The notes under the pieces were generated by a model. That model worked only from the letters and a program-made list of their open reading frames with translations, had not been told where the DNA came from and did not search any database. The position numbers and the translations under genes are program-made. A stretch of DNA of 64,000 nucleotides from Candidatus Onthousia faecavium (lineage in GTDB: Bacteria > Bacillota_I > Bacilli_A > RF39 > UBA660): positions 3,172-67,171 of the forward strand of contig DVIS01000026.1 of the NCBI GenBank assembly GCA_018711135.1. Reading direction: 5' to 3'. The stretch's first letter is position 1, and each line of letters starts with the position of its first letter. Of this stretch, positions 1-10,125 are shown piece after piece.

Positions 1-729
1 ATTGTTTTATTAGTCTTTATAGGTTTTGCGATTATTGGCTTTTTAGATGACTTTTTATCATTAAGAAAACATCGTAATGAAGGGTTAACGACATATCAAA
101 AGCTATTTGGACAAATTATCATTTCAACAATATTTTTCTATATTTATATGAAAAATGGTGGTCAGACCTCATTTGTAGTAGGAACTTTAGGAATCGATAT
201 CGAATTAACTTGGTTATATGGCTTATTTATTCTCTTTATTTTAATAGGAGCTTCTAATGCCGTTAATTTAACTGATGGCTTAGATGGATTAGCGGGTAGT
301 CTTTCAGCAGTAGCGTTTATTGCTTTTTCCCTTATTTCCTTTATGGTTGGCTTTGAAGACATTGGAATATTCTGTTTAATCTTAGTTGGTTCACTAATTG
401 GTTTTCTTGTCTTCAATACTCATCCTGCTAAAGTGTTTATGGGTGATACAGGATCACTTGCTTTAGGTGGAGTTATGGGAGCTGTTGCGATACTAACACA
501 CCGGGAACTAACTTTATTAGTGGTAGCAGGGGTATTTGTAATTGAAACATTATCAGTTATCTTACAAGTATTTTGGTTAAGAGTTTTTCATAAAAAGTTA
601 TTTTTAATGACGCCACTCCATCATCACTTTGAAAAGTTAGGTTGGCAAGAGACAGATATTGTTAAATTATTTTGCGTCTTTGGTCTATTACTTGCCATGG
701 GTGGTATTATCTTTGGTGTTTGGTTATAA
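1..729 (+). CDS. mraY: phospho-N-acetylmuramoyl-pentapeptide transferase MraY, 5' end outside window
   Basis: Frame 1 is open from base 1 and runs into the 148..729 ORF; motifs NAVNLTDGLDGLA, MGDTGSLALGG and PLHHHFE are MraY hallmarks. Confidence 0.9.
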   Translation: MVLLVFIGFAIIGFLDDFLSLRKHRNEGLTTYQKLFGQIIISTIFFYIYMKNGGQTSFVVGTLGIDIELTWLYGLFILFILIGASNAVNLTDGLDGLAGSLSAVAFIAFSLISFMVGFEDIGIFCLILVGSLIGFLVFNTHPAKVFMGDTGSLALGGVMGAVAILTHRELTLLVVAGVFVIETLSVILQVFWLRVFHKKLFLMTPLHHHFEKLGWQETDIVKLFCVFGLLLAMGGIIFGVWL

Positions 730-744
730 AGAAAGGGGTTATTC

Positions 745-1830
745 ATGAAGAAAAAGGTGGATTTGCCTTTAGTCATAACCGTAATTTTTTTAGTAACATT
801 TGGACTCATAATGATCTATTCTGCTTCGAGTATTTGGGCAGAATATAAGTTTCAAGATAGTTTTCACTATGTGAAACAACAAGCATTATTTACCGTTATA
901 GGATTTGTTATAATGTATATTGTTAGTAAGATAGATTACACGATCTATTTAAAAAAGGCAAATATGATTTTAGGTATTTGCTTTTTATTATTGATTTTAG
1001 TTTTAATACCAGGTATAGGTAGCATTAGAAATGGTAGCAGAAGCTGGTTTGGTATTGGTCCTTTTGGAATTCAGCCTAGTGAGTTTATAAAGATTGCATT
1101 AATTATTTTTACTAGCAAATATCTTGTAAAGAGTAATAAGTTTTTAAAAAGCTACAAAAAAGGGGTTATTCCTATTTTAGGTATCGCTATTATTGCTTTT
1201 GGTCTTATTATGTTACAACCTGATTTAGGTACTGGACTTGTTTTAATGTTAAGTATTATTGCTTTATTATTTGTTGCTGGTGTTAATATGAAATTTTTCT
1301 ATATTTTAGGGGCGATAGGAGTAGTTGGCGTTGTTATTTTAATTGCCATAGCACCTTATAGGATAGATAGGATAACATCATTTATAAATCCTTGGGCTGA
1401 TCCTTTAGGGACAGGATTTCAAATTATTCAGTCACTTTATGCAATTGGTCCAGGTGGGCTCTTGGGTACCGGTTTTTTAAACTCAAGACAAAAGCATTTC
1501 TATTTACCAGAACCTCAAACAGATTTTATCTTTTCGATTATTTGCGAAGAGTTTGGGGTTGTAGGGGCTTTAATTATTGCTTTATTATTTTTTTCTCTAT
1601 TATATCGAGGTCTTAAGATTGCTCTTAATAGTAATGATCTTTTTGCTAAATATCTTTGTTTTGGTTTAATCTTTCAAATGATCTTTCAAGCGGTTATGAA
1701 TTTAGCAGTTGTTATTGGATTAATTCCAGTAACAGGAGTTACTTTACCCTTTTTATCTTATGGTGGCAGTAGTTTATTAATAAGTTTATTAAGTATTGGA
1801 ATTATTCTTAATATTGCTAAAAAAAAATAA
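745..1830 (+). CDS. SEDS-family peptidoglycan polymerase (FtsW/RodA/SpoVE-like)
   Basis: 361 aa polytopic membrane protein directly after mraY; motifs LQPDLGT, QSLYAIGPGGLLGTG, LPEPQTDFIFS and LPFLSYGGSS are typical of FtsW/RodA. Confidence 0.85.
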   Translation: MKKKVDLPLVITVIFLVTFGLIMIYSASSIWAEYKFQDSFHYVKQQALFTVIGFVIMYIVSKIDYTIYLKKANMILGICFLLLILVLIPGIGSIRNGSRSWFGIGPFGIQPSEFIKIALIIFTSKYLVKSNKFLKSYKKGVIPILGIAIIAFGLIMLQPDLGTGLVLMLSIIALLFVAGVNMKFFYILGAIGVVGVVILIAIAPYRIDRITSFINPWADPLGTGFQIIQSLYAIGPGGLLGTGFLNSRQKHFYLPEPQTDFIFSIICEEFGVVGALIIALLFFSLLYRGLKIALNSNDLFAKYLCFGLIFQMIFQAVMNLAVVIGLIPVTGVTLPFLSYGGSSLLISLLSIGIILNIAKKK

Positions 1831-1932
1831 TCAGTAGCCGTGTATTATATAATAGAGGTACAATGTTTTGATATTAAAATTATAACCTCAAAAGGATAAA
1901 CTAGGTATTTAAAATAATATGTATAGAGGGTT

Positions 1933-2088
1933 ATGTTTATAAATGATTTAATAAAAAAAGAAAATCTTAAAATAGAAGATATGATATATGAGCTTAGAGG
2001 TAAACAAGTTCTAGTTGCTAGAGATCTAACAGAGCTATATCATATTGAAACTATGTGTTTTATAATTTTAGTAATTGTCATGGTTTAA
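1933..2088 (+). pseudogene. remnant of an ORF6N/KilA-N-like DNA-binding gene
   Basis: 51-codon ORF; IEDMIYELRGKQVLVARDLTELYHIET resembles the N-terminus of ORF6N-domain proteins, then degenerates. It lies in about 760 bp without long ORFs. Confidence 0.35.
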
Positions 2089-2591
2089 CAAACTCTTGAT
2101 TACCAGGAGACTCAAATACTTGTAGAATTATGATTAAGAACTTTCTTTTTTTAAATAATTGATATATTTAAGGATGAAAACGACTGTAGTGTTATTCTCT
2201 GTGTTAGTAGCGATTGCTTTATTTTGGTAAACGATGTTTTATATATAGATGCTTTCTAATTGTAAAATAATTTTTTCTTATAATATAAGTGACATATTAA
2301 TCTCAGGATAACTCTATAGAGTGGCCTAATCTTGGTAATCGTAATAGTGATTCTAAAGAGAATGGATAAAGATTAATATAAATTCTAACTTAGAATCTGG
2401 TACATACAAGATTATTCAAATAAGTAGTGATTATGATATAGAAGAACAAAGAGTATATAGTATATATTAGTAGTCTTAATGCTGATAGATCTAATACAGT
2501 TGAGATCATCCTTATTCAGCAACTGTTTGTGGAGAAGAATGCATCTTTAAAAGAAATAGAAATACGAAAAAAGGTAATTAATAAAAACAAG

Positions 2592-3071
2592 CTAGGCCTT
2601 TTTACTTAGCTTGTTTTTAAAAAACCGACTAAATATAAATCTTACCAATGGTCCTGCATAAAACAATTGAAAACAAATCGCCATAGGAAAACTTAAGACC
2701 ATTGCTTGTAACCAGCTGGAAATAAAGGTATAAAAGCTTGGACTATTTATAAAAATAGTAGCGATAAGACTCATAATAGGGCACATAAATGATACTATCA
2801 CTATAGAGATACCATAGCTTATAATGATGGTTGGTGTTTTCTTAGAGTCAAGTGCTTTAAAGGTAAGTTTATGAGCGATTTTACCAATTAGAAAGAATTC
2901 TAAAATAATAGCGACTGGCCACATAAGAGGTAATTCTTTAAAAGCTTCGATAAACACAAAATTACTTAAACCACCAGTATGAATAGCAATATTATAACAA
3001 ACCATTGCATATACCATAACAAAAGCCATAATAAGGGTATAGATAAAATCTTGAAATTTTGTTTCTGGCAA
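2592..3071 (-). CDS. small polytopic membrane protein (DUF2798-like)
   Basis: 159 aa with four hydrophobic segments arranged as a two-fold repeat; family assignment is from memory only. Confidence 0.6.
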   Translation of the reverse strand: MPETKFQDFIYTLIMAFVMVYAMVCYNIAIHTGGLSNFVFIEAFKELPLMWPVAIILEFFLIGKIAHKLTFKALDSKKTPTIIISYGISIVIVSFMCPIMSLIATIFINSPSFYTFISSWLQAMVLSFPMAICFQLFYAGPLVRFIFSRFFKNKLSKKA

Positions 3072-3280
3072 AGTTAACCCTCCTTTCTTTCACAATAAAA
3101 AACAGCATCATTTTTCAATGTGTTGTTCGTTTGCATCTAAAAGATGTGTCGTTTCCAATTTAACCATAAATCTGTTTTCTAAAAGATTATATCACATAAT
3201 TAAAAAATATGTAAGAAAAAATTAATTTTTATAGTATTTTATATCAGTTTGTAGTATATTGTCATTAAGGAGGAGTGAAA

Positions 3281-3706
3281 ATGACATTTTTTTGGTTAGG
3301 ATTATTTATTATCTTAGCTATATTTGAACTTATGACAATCAATTTAGTCTCCATTTGGTTTGCTCTTGGGGCTTTAATTACTACTTTTGTATCGCTTATT
3401 ACTGATAATATGATGATTCAATTAGCAGTTTTTACTATTAGTTCTATTCTTTTATTAATTCTAACAAGAAACTTAGCTAAAAAATTAAAAAAGACTAAAG
3501 TTGTACCAACTAACTTAGATCAGGTTATTGGTAAGATTGGAATTGTTACAGAAGATATAGAACAAGATGGAATTGGTGAGGTTAAAGTTCTAGGAAAGAA
3601 ATGGAGTGCATATAGTGATAGAGAAATAAAAAAGGATGAAAAAGTTAAGATTATTTCTATTGAGGGAGTTAAACTTAAAGTAGAAAAAATAAAGGAGAGT
3701 GACTAA
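3281..3706 (+). CDS. NfeD-family membrane protein
   Basis: AAGGAGG 7 nt upstream of ATG 3281 (the track starts at GTG 3275). N-terminal TM helices plus a C-terminal OB-like segment GEVKVLGKKWSAYSD; paired with an SPFH gene as in NfeD-SPFH operons. Confidence 0.8.
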   Translation: MTFFWLGLFIILAIFELMTINLVSIWFALGALITTFVSLITDNMMIQLAVFTISSILLLILTRNLAKKLKKTKVVPTNLDQVIGKIGIVTEDIEQDGIGEVKVLGKKWSAYSDREIKKDEKVKIISIEGVKLKVEKIKESD

Positions 3707-3707
3707 A

Positions 3708-4589
3708 ATGTTTTGGGTAATTTTAATCGTAATTTTAATTGTTATTATCTTAGGGGTAAAAGTTATTCCTCAATCACAAGCGAAAGTTATTGAAAGGTTA
3801 GGGACATATTATAAAACTTTAGGAACAGGACCACATTATGTAATTCCTTTTGTTGATCGTGTTGCTAGTACAGTTAGTTTAAAAGAGATTGTTAAAGACT
3901 TTGCACCACAACCTGTTATTACTAAAGATAATGTTACAATGCAAATAGATACAGTTGTGTATTTTCAAATAACAGATCCTAAGCTTTATACTTATGGAGT
4001 AGAAAATCCAATTAGTGCGATTGAAAATTTAACTGCTACAACTCTTCGTAATATCATTGGAGAACTTGAACTAGATCAAACACTAACTTCTAGAGACATC
4101 ATTAATTCTAAAATGCGTTCAATTTTAGATGAAGCGACTGATCCATGGGGGATTAAAGTAAATAGAGTTGAGGTAAAAAATATTATTCCACCTCGTGATA
4201 TACAAGATGCGATGGAAAAACAAATGCGAGCTGAGCGGGAAAGACGTGAGAAGATTTTACAAGCAGAAGGGGAAAAGAAGGCGGCAGTTCTAATTGCTGA
4301 AGGAGAAAAAGAAAGTACTATTTTACGAGCTGATGCGATGAAAGAAGCAGCAATTAAAAAAGCAGAAGGAGAAGCAGAAGCGATTATTAAAATAAAAAAT
4401 GCGGAAGCTGAAGGAATTAGACTCTTAAAAGAAGCGAAAGCTGATAGTGCAGTATTAAAACTAAAAAGTTATGATGCTATGGTTAATGTGGCAAATGGTC
4501 AAGCAACTAAAATTATTGTTCCTAGTGAATTACAAAATTTAGTAACAGCAGGAACTGTTTTAAGTGAATCATTTAAAGATAAGAAATAA
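3708..4589 (+). CDS. SPFH/band-7 (stomatin/prohibitin-like) protein
   Basis: ATG 3708 follows the NfeD stop (track start GTG 3699). N-terminal TM, SPFH core (VDRVASTVSLKE, TKDNVTMQIDTVVYFQI) and a C-terminal AEGE-rich coiled coil. Confidence 0.9.
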   Translation: MFWVILIVILIVIILGVKVIPQSQAKVIERLGTYYKTLGTGPHYVIPFVDRVASTVSLKEIVKDFAPQPVITKDNVTMQIDTVVYFQITDPKLYTYGVENPISAIENLTATTLRNIIGELELDQTLTSRDIINSKMRSILDEATDPWGIKVNRVEVKNIIPPRDIQDAMEKQMRAERERREKILQAEGEKKAAVLIAEGEKESTILRADAMKEAAIKKAEGEAEAIIKIKNAEAEGIRLLKEAKADSAVLKLKSYDAMVNVANGQATKIIVPSELQNLVTAGTVLSESFKDKK

Positions 4590-4601
4590 TTTACAAAGTA
4601 A

Positions 4602-4643
4602 TTCCTCTTTAGTATAATAACTACTACTAAAGGGGGATTTTTT
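4602..4643 (+). terminator. intrinsic terminator after the SPFH gene
   Basis: 12-bp stem 4602-4613/4626-4637 (two U.G pairs, + sense) followed by TTTTTT 4638-4643. The 3' arm also contains the AGGGGG SD of the next gene. Confidence 0.7.
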
Positions 4644-5420
4644 ATGCTTTTTAGCAAGAAGAAAATTATTGAGAGAGATTTTAAATCATATACAGAACAA
4701 GACTTTATAGAGAAAATTGGTATTACTAAACAACAATATGATGATATTTTGGAAAACTATTTAGTTCTAATGGAAGATGGTTACTATTATCATAAAGAGA
4801 TAGGAGAAGGTATGCTTATTAATGAACTTATAGGAAGATATTTGTGCCATAAAGTTGATCTTGCAACTACTGAGATAGAGATATTAGATGAAAAAGCTTG
4901 TTTCTTTCATATAGTTACGCCTAATTACCGAGAAAAAGGTTTTACCTATTTAGAACCTAAAGATAATTTCGAATATGGAGAAAAGATAAACGATTTTAAT
5001 GATGATTTATTTAAAGATTTACCCTTGTCTTTAAAAATAGATCTTTTCAAACTAACCGCTGTTGACTTAATGATGGAACAGATTGATAGATATGCTAGAA
5101 ATATGGAACTTGCTACTAGTAGAACGATGGAAACAAGATTAGCACCAATAATTGATTTTGAATATGCCTTTGATAAAGAGCGTGATTATAGATATTATAA
5201 TCCTTATTTAGCGCTTGAAAAGAAATCAGAATCGCTTATTAAATTTTGTAATAAGTATCCAGATTTTTATCCTTATGTTTTAAAAACTTTAAGTGTTGAT
5301 AGTGAAGAAATCTTTTCATACTTAAAAAATGCCTATTATTTTGAACCTAGCTTTTTCCCTAGAGAACATATTATAACAACAGTAGATAGAAATCAAAAAA
5401 TCCTCGAAAAAATTCGTTAA
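4644..5420 (+). CDS. hypothetical protein with weak kinase-like motifs
   Basis: 258 aa ORF. IDRYARNMEL and IIDFEYAF lie about 24 residues apart, reminiscent of catalytic-loop and DFG-like motifs; otherwise unrecognised. Confidence 0.6.
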   Translation: MLFSKKKIIERDFKSYTEQDFIEKIGITKQQYDDILENYLVLMEDGYYYHKEIGEGMLINELIGRYLCHKVDLATTEIEILDEKACFFHIVTPNYREKGFTYLEPKDNFEYGEKINDFNDDLFKDLPLSLKIDLFKLTAVDLMMEQIDRYARNMELATSRTMETRLAPIIDFEYAFDKERDYRYYNPYLALEKKSESLIKFCNKYPDFYPYVLKTLSVDSEEIFSYLKNAYYFEPSFFPREHIITTVDRNQKILEKIR

Positions 5421-5477
5421 TTTTCCCTAAAATTCTGATGAAATTTCTTTATACATAGGTTATAATTATAGTAGAAG

Positions 5478-6188
5478 GTGATACTTGTGGCTTATATTAG
5501 TGTTAAAAATTTAACTAAAAAATATCAAATGGGAGAAATAGAGATAAAAGCGCTAGATAATGTTTCTTTTGAAATTGAAAAAGGTGAACTTACGGTTGTC
5601 TTAGGACCAAGTGGAGCAGGTAAGACTACTATATTAAATATCCTTGGAGGTATGGATAAAGCTACTAGTGGTAGTGTAATTATTGATAATGCTGATATTT
5701 CCAAATATAATAACAAAAGATTAACTGATTATAGACGCTATGATATTGGATTTGTCTTTCAATTTTATAATTTGGTTGGTAATCTAACAGCGTTAGAAAA
5801 CGTATCTTTAGCTAGTCAAATATGTAAAAAACCAATGGATGCTAGTGAGGCTTTAAAAAGAGTTGGCTTACTAGATAGAAAAGACCATTTTCCAGCTCAA
5901 TTATCAGGTGGAGAACAACAGCGTGTTTCAATTGCTAGAGCAATTGCCAAAAATCCTAAAATCTTGCTTTGTGATGAACCAACAGGAGCTTTGGATTCTA
6001 AAACTGGTAAGAAAATAATCGAACTATTACAAGATACTTGTCATAAGATGGAGACTACGACCATTATTATTACTCATAATGCTGTTATTGCTGATATTGC
6101 AGATAAAGTAATTAGAGTAAAAAATGGGAAAATAGAAAGTATTACGATTAATAAAAAGCCTAAGCTAGTTAAGGAGATTGATTGGTAA
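5478..6188 (+). CDS. ABC transporter ATP-binding protein (MacB/LolD-type)
   Basis: Walker [11 protein letters not shown]-loop, signature [14 protein letters not shown] and Walker [13 protein letters not shown]. Confidence 0.92.
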   Translation: MILVAYISVKNLTKKYQMGEIEIKALDNVSFEIEKGELTVVLGPSGAGKTTILNILGGMDKATSGSVIIDNADISKYNNKRLTDYRRYDIGFVFQFYNLVGNLTALENVSLASQICKKPMDASEALKRVGLLDRKDHFPAQLSGGEQQRVSIARAIAKNPKILLCDEPTGALDSKTGKKIIELLQDTCHKMETTTIIITHNAVIADIADKVIRVKNGKIESITINKKPKLVKEIDW

Positions 6189-9100
6189 TGTTAATCTTTA
6201 AAAATAGTTTTCGAAAAATTTGGAAAGCAAAAGGAAGATTTTTATCCTTAATTCTAATTGTTATTTTAGGAACCTCTTTTTTTGCTGGAGTTAGAGAAAC
6301 AGCTAGTGATATGTTAAGAACGCTAGATAATTACTATGATGAAACTAATTTATATGATTTTAAAATAGTAAGTACAATGGGACTAACAGAAGATGATTTA
6401 ATCTCTTTGGAAAATATTGATGGAATAGATAAAGTTGAAGGAGGCTATTCCTTTGATACTTTGATTGATGGTAATGTTGTTAAAATAATATCTTTAACAG
6501 ATATAAATAAAGGAACTTTAGTAACTGGAAGAATGCCTGATAATAATAGTGAATGTTTAGGGGAAAATGGAAAATTTACGCTTGGGGAAGATATTAAGAT
6601 TGATGATGATACCTATCTTAATAATAATACTTGTAAAATTGTAGGAACAATTAATAGTAGTAGTTATATTTATGAAAATAAAGGTATATCAACAGTAGGA
6701 GATGGAAAGCTTGATAGTTTTATTTATGTACCTAAAGATAACTTTAAATTAGATTATTATACCGAAATATATTTAATAGCTGAAGGAACTAAAGAAGAAA
6801 TATCTTATTCTTTAGACTATGATGATATTATTGCCAATGTAAATAAAAGTCTTCAAGAGTTAAAACCATTAAGAGAAACCGCACGATATGAAGAGATACT
6901 TAAAGAAGCAATGGATAAAGTTACCAAAGCAGAAAATGAACTTAATGAAATTAAAATCACTAATGAAGCAAAGTTTAATGAGGCTTTGACAACACTTAAT
7001 TCTAATAAAATCAAATTAGATGAAGCACTATCGTCATATAACAGTAATCTATCCATGTTAAATAGAACAAAAGAAAGTACAGAAACAGAACTTAATAATG
7101 GTTTTACGACATTAAATAGTGCAAAGAATGAGTTTAATAGTGCTCTAGCTAGTGCTAATTTAACGGTCGATTCACTAGAACCAACTTTAGTTACTATAAA
7201 TGCTAATATTAAAGAGATTGAACAGCAACTAGAAAATCTTGATCCAACTAGTAGTTTATATGAGACATTAACAGCTACTTTAAATGAATTAAAACTAAAT
7301 AAAACCAATATAGAAACCTTAATTGATACTAATAAAACACTAATAGAGCAAGAGAATACTTTAAATAACTCTTTGAATACTTGGAATACTGAATATAATA
7401 GAGCTCTTAATGGGCTTAATGAAGCTAAAAAAGAAATAGATAATGGTTATCAAGAATTAGAGGATGGTTATTTAGAATATAATAATAACTATAATCTTTA
7501 TCTTGAACAAATAGCAAACTATGAAGAAGAAATTGCTAGTGCTAAAGAAGAAATTCAAAATATTGAGAAACCAGTTTGGTATTTATTAACAAGAGAAGAT
7601 TTAACTGGTTACACTAGCTTTTATGAAAGTGCTACTAAGGTAGATTCTATAGCAGCAGTTTTTCCGATTTTCTTTATTCTAATTGCCTTCTTAATGGCTT
7701 TTAATACAATGAATAGAATGATAGAAGAAGAGCGTAGTGAGATAGGAGCTTTTATTTCTTTAGGAATTAGTAAAAGTAAAGTGTTTATTAGCTATCTTCT
7801 TTATATTATTATTGCTTGTATTATTGGGCTTATTATAGGCCTAAGTGTTGGTTATACTTTGATACCACGGATTCTTTATACTGTATATGCAGCTTCCTTT
7901 ACAATTCCTTCTTTAACAACTTATGCTAATCCTGTTGCTTGTTTTGTTATTGTCTTTACAACCATTATTCTTATGAGTTTAGTAGCATTACTAAGTCTTG
8001 CCAAAGATTTCAAATTAGCTCCAGCAACAATATTAAGACCTGAAGCACCTAAGAGTGGAAAAAAGATTTTATTAGAAAGATTTACATTGCTCTGGAAACA
8101 TTTATCTTTCTCTTGGAAGATAACGCTTCGTAATTTATTTAGATACAAAAAAAGAATAATTATGACAGTTTTAGGTATAGCAGGATGTACAGCTTTACTC
8201 TTAACCGGTTTTGGTATAAAAGATAGTCTTAGTGATTTATTAACGATTCAATATGATAATATTCAACACTATGATGCAACTTTAGTATTAAATGATGAGG
8301 TAAATAAAGATGAGGTAGTTAAGACTTTAGAAGATAATGAAATAACTAATTATCTTAAAACTAATATTGCTAGTTATACTTTTAAAGCAGATAGTAAAAA
8401 TTTAGATTTTACACTTATAGCTTTTATGGATGATAATACATATGATGAGTATTTAACTTTAAATGATCTTCATGGTAATCCAATTACTCTTAGTGATAAA
8501 GGAGTAGTTATAACAGAGAAAATGGCAGAGTTATTAGATGTTTCTTTGGGCGAAAATATCAGTATTAGAAATAGTGATAATGAGTTATTTATTGTAAGAG
8601 TAACTGGTATTTGTGAAAATTATATTGGTAATTATTTATATATGAATAAAGCCTATTATGAAGCAATATTCTCTGATAGTGATTATAACAGTTTCATTAT
8701 AAATCTTTCTAATGATATTTCTAGAGAAGAATTATCTAATAATTTATTAGAAACTAACTATTTTGCAACGATTCAATACACAACAGATAACATGGAAATG
8801 TTTAATGATATAATAGCAGGCATGAATAATATAGTCTATCTAATTATTGCATTCTCTAGTTTTCTTGCTATAACAGTGCTATATAATTTAACAATAATAA
8901 ATATCAATGAACGTAAAAGAGAAATAGCAACTCTAAAAGTATTAGGTTTTAGAGATAATGAGGTTTCTAGTTATGTTTATAGAGAAACAATTATTATGAC
9001 AATAATAGGAATAATAGTAGGAATATTCTTAGGCTTTTCACTTAATACTTTTATCTTAATGATAGCTGAGACTGATGAGATATTATTCATTAAAACAATT

Positions 9101-9223
9101 AAACCTTTAAGCTATATTCTATCTTTTGTAATTATTATTATCTTTAGTGTAATAGTCCAGATTATAACTTACTTTATCTTAAAGAAAATAGATATGATAG
9201 ATTCTTTAAAATCAGTAGAATAA
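6188..9223 (+). CDS. ABC transporter permease with two FtsX domains and a long coiled-coil extracytoplasmic insert
   Basis: ATG 6188 overlaps the ATPase stop (TAATG). About 1011 aa with TM clusters near residues 500-640 and 880-1010 and a repetitive N/L/E-rich helical region between the first TM and the first FtsX domain. Confidence 0.85.
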   Translation: MLIFKNSFRKIWKAKGRFLSLILIVILGTSFFAGVRETASDMLRTLDNYYDETNLYDFKIVSTMGLTEDDLISLENIDGIDKVEGGYSFDTLIDGNVVKIISLTDINKGTLVTGRMPDNNSECLGENGKFTLGEDIKIDDDTYLNNNTCKIVGTINSSSYIYENKGISTVGDGKLDSFIYVPKDNFKLDYYTEIYLIAEGTKEEISYSLDYDDIIANVNKSLQELKPLRETARYEEILKEAMDKVTKAENELNEIKITNEAKFNEALTTLNSNKIKLDEALSSYNSNLSMLNRTKESTETELNNGFTTLNSAKNEFNSALASANLTVDSLEPTLVTINANIKEIEQQLENLDPTSSLYETLTATLNELKLNKTNIETLIDTNKTLIEQENTLNNSLNTWNTEYNRALNGLNEAKKEIDNGYQELEDGYLEYNNNYNLYLEQIANYEEEIASAKEEIQNIEKPVWYLLTREDLTGYTSFYESATKVDSIAAVFPIFFILIAFLMAFNTMNRMIEEERSEIGAFISLGISKSKVFISYLLYIIIACIIGLIIGLSVGYTLIPRILYTVYAASFTIPSLTTYANPVACFVIVFTTIILMSLVALLSLAKDFKLAPATILRPEAPKSGKKILLERFTLLWKHLSFSWKITLRNLFRYKKRIIMTVLGIAGCTALLLTGFGIKDSLSDLLTIQYDNIQHYDATLVLNDEVNKDEVVKTLEDNEITNYLKTNIASYTFKADSKNLDFTLIAFMDDNTYDEYLTLNDLHGNPITLSDKGVVITEKMAELLDVSLGENISIRNSDNELFIVRVTGICENYIGNYLYMNKAYYEAIFSDSDYNSFIINLSNDISREELSNNLLETNYFATIQYTTDNMEMFNDIIAGMNNIVYLIIAFSSFLAITVLYNLTIININERKREIATLKVLGFRDNEVSSYVYRETIIMTIIGIIVGIFLGFSLNTFILMIAETDEILFIKTIKPLSYILSFVIIIIFSVIVQIITYFILKKIDMIDSLKSVE

Positions 9224-9230
9224 TTGAAAA

Positions 9231-9274
9231 AGTCCTTATACTTATGTTAATCATAAATAATAAGGACTTTTTTC
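9231..9274 (+). terminator. intrinsic terminator after the ABC permease
   Basis: AGTCCTTAT 9231-9239 pairs with ATAAGGACT 9260-9268, followed by a T-run to 9274. Confidence 0.7.
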
Positions 9275-9693
9275 CAACTATAGATAATTCCTTTTAAACG
9301 ATCTATAGCGAGTTTTAAACTGATTCAATTACTACATTTTGTATAATAAACTTATACTATATGTTTAACTGCATAAACCTAGGGTTAAGACCTTATAGTA
9401 AGTCTATTACCTCAGTACTAAATATAAAAGGTATTTAGTTGTAATTGTTCACTATATAAGAGTTTTCTTTCTCGGCTATTTCTTTTTGAGAAATAGTTCC
9501 TCATAGCAAGTGAAGCATTTCAGCAACCAGGCAAGGATAAGGATATTAAAGCTTTTATAAAAGCCCAACTCCTTCCTGCCAAAAAATTGGCAATTAAATT
9601 ATAACAAAAAAAATCGATAAGTTCAAATAGAATGTAGGTAAAGGCCCTTTCTAATGAAAATAACTAGAATAGAATAAAGGGAAGGGAGAAAAT

Positions 9694-10125
9694 ATGAATA
9701 AAGAATTTAACTATAATTATAATTACTATCCTAAATATATGGATAGAGATATGAATGATCCTAAGTTTTTTACTGAAAGTGAAGGCTATTTAAGAGGAAA
9801 TATGTTTAGAAATTTATATAGCCAGTATAAGAATTATCAACCACAAGTTTTAAGACCAACTAATGAACAGGAAGAGATGTTTCTAAGAATGTCAGAAGCA
9901 GAGTTTGCTGCTCATGACCTTAATTTATATTTAGATTTATATCCTAATGATGGCAATGCTTTAGATCTATTTAATAAATATCGAAGAGAAGCGAATAGAT
10001 TGATGATGGAATATGAAGAAAAGTATGGACCAATCCTAACTAGTAGTGATAGTTTAAATACTAGTCCATTCTTATGGCAGACATTGATATTTCCTTGGAA
10101 TATGGAGGGGTTAAGTAATGTTTAA
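9694..10125 (+). CDS. cotJB: spore coat protein CotJB with a CotJA-like N-terminal segment
   Basis: AAHDLNLYLDLYPNDGNALDLFNKYRREANRLMMEYEEKYGP matches the CotJB pattern (LYLDTHP..A...FN.Y). N-terminal EGYLRGNMFRNLYSQY resembles the CotJA GTLFPELY motif. Its stop overlaps the cotJC start. Confidence 0.8.
   Translation: MNKEFNYNYNYYPKYMDRDMNDPKFFTESEGYLRGNMFRNLYSQYKNYQPQVLRPTNEQEEMFLRMSEAEFAAHDLNLYLDLYPNDGNALDLFNKYRREANRLMMEYEEKYGPILTSSDSLNTSPFLWQTLIFPWNMEGLSNV

Noticed and set aside
6853-7308. Long antisense ORFs in the supplied track. Examples: 162-416, 624-809, 6853-7308, 10705-10944, 16011-16199, 28136-28501, 37511-37831, 53820-54302 and 57516-58013, plus similar ones.
   Set aside because: Each lies entirely inside a well-supported gene on the other strand or, for 28136-28501, across the cos region. 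They have low-complexity S/L/F/I-rich translations typical of shadow frames in AT-rich DNA, and they lack RBS motifs.
9071-9078. Other CTGATGA heptamers as additional hammerheads (for example near 9071, 24484, 25345, 29859, 32528, 34335 and 38527, and on the - strand near 11524 and 11633).
   Set aside because: All lie inside coding sequence. None is followed by a stem II hairpin plus GAAA at the required spacing.
9276-9693. A separate small cotJA gene, or a riboswitch, in the 470-bp region upstream of cotJB.
   Set aside because: No ORF in either orientation resembles CotJA. Only short hairpins are present (for example 9475-9496 and 9577-9595), with no recognisable riboswitch core.
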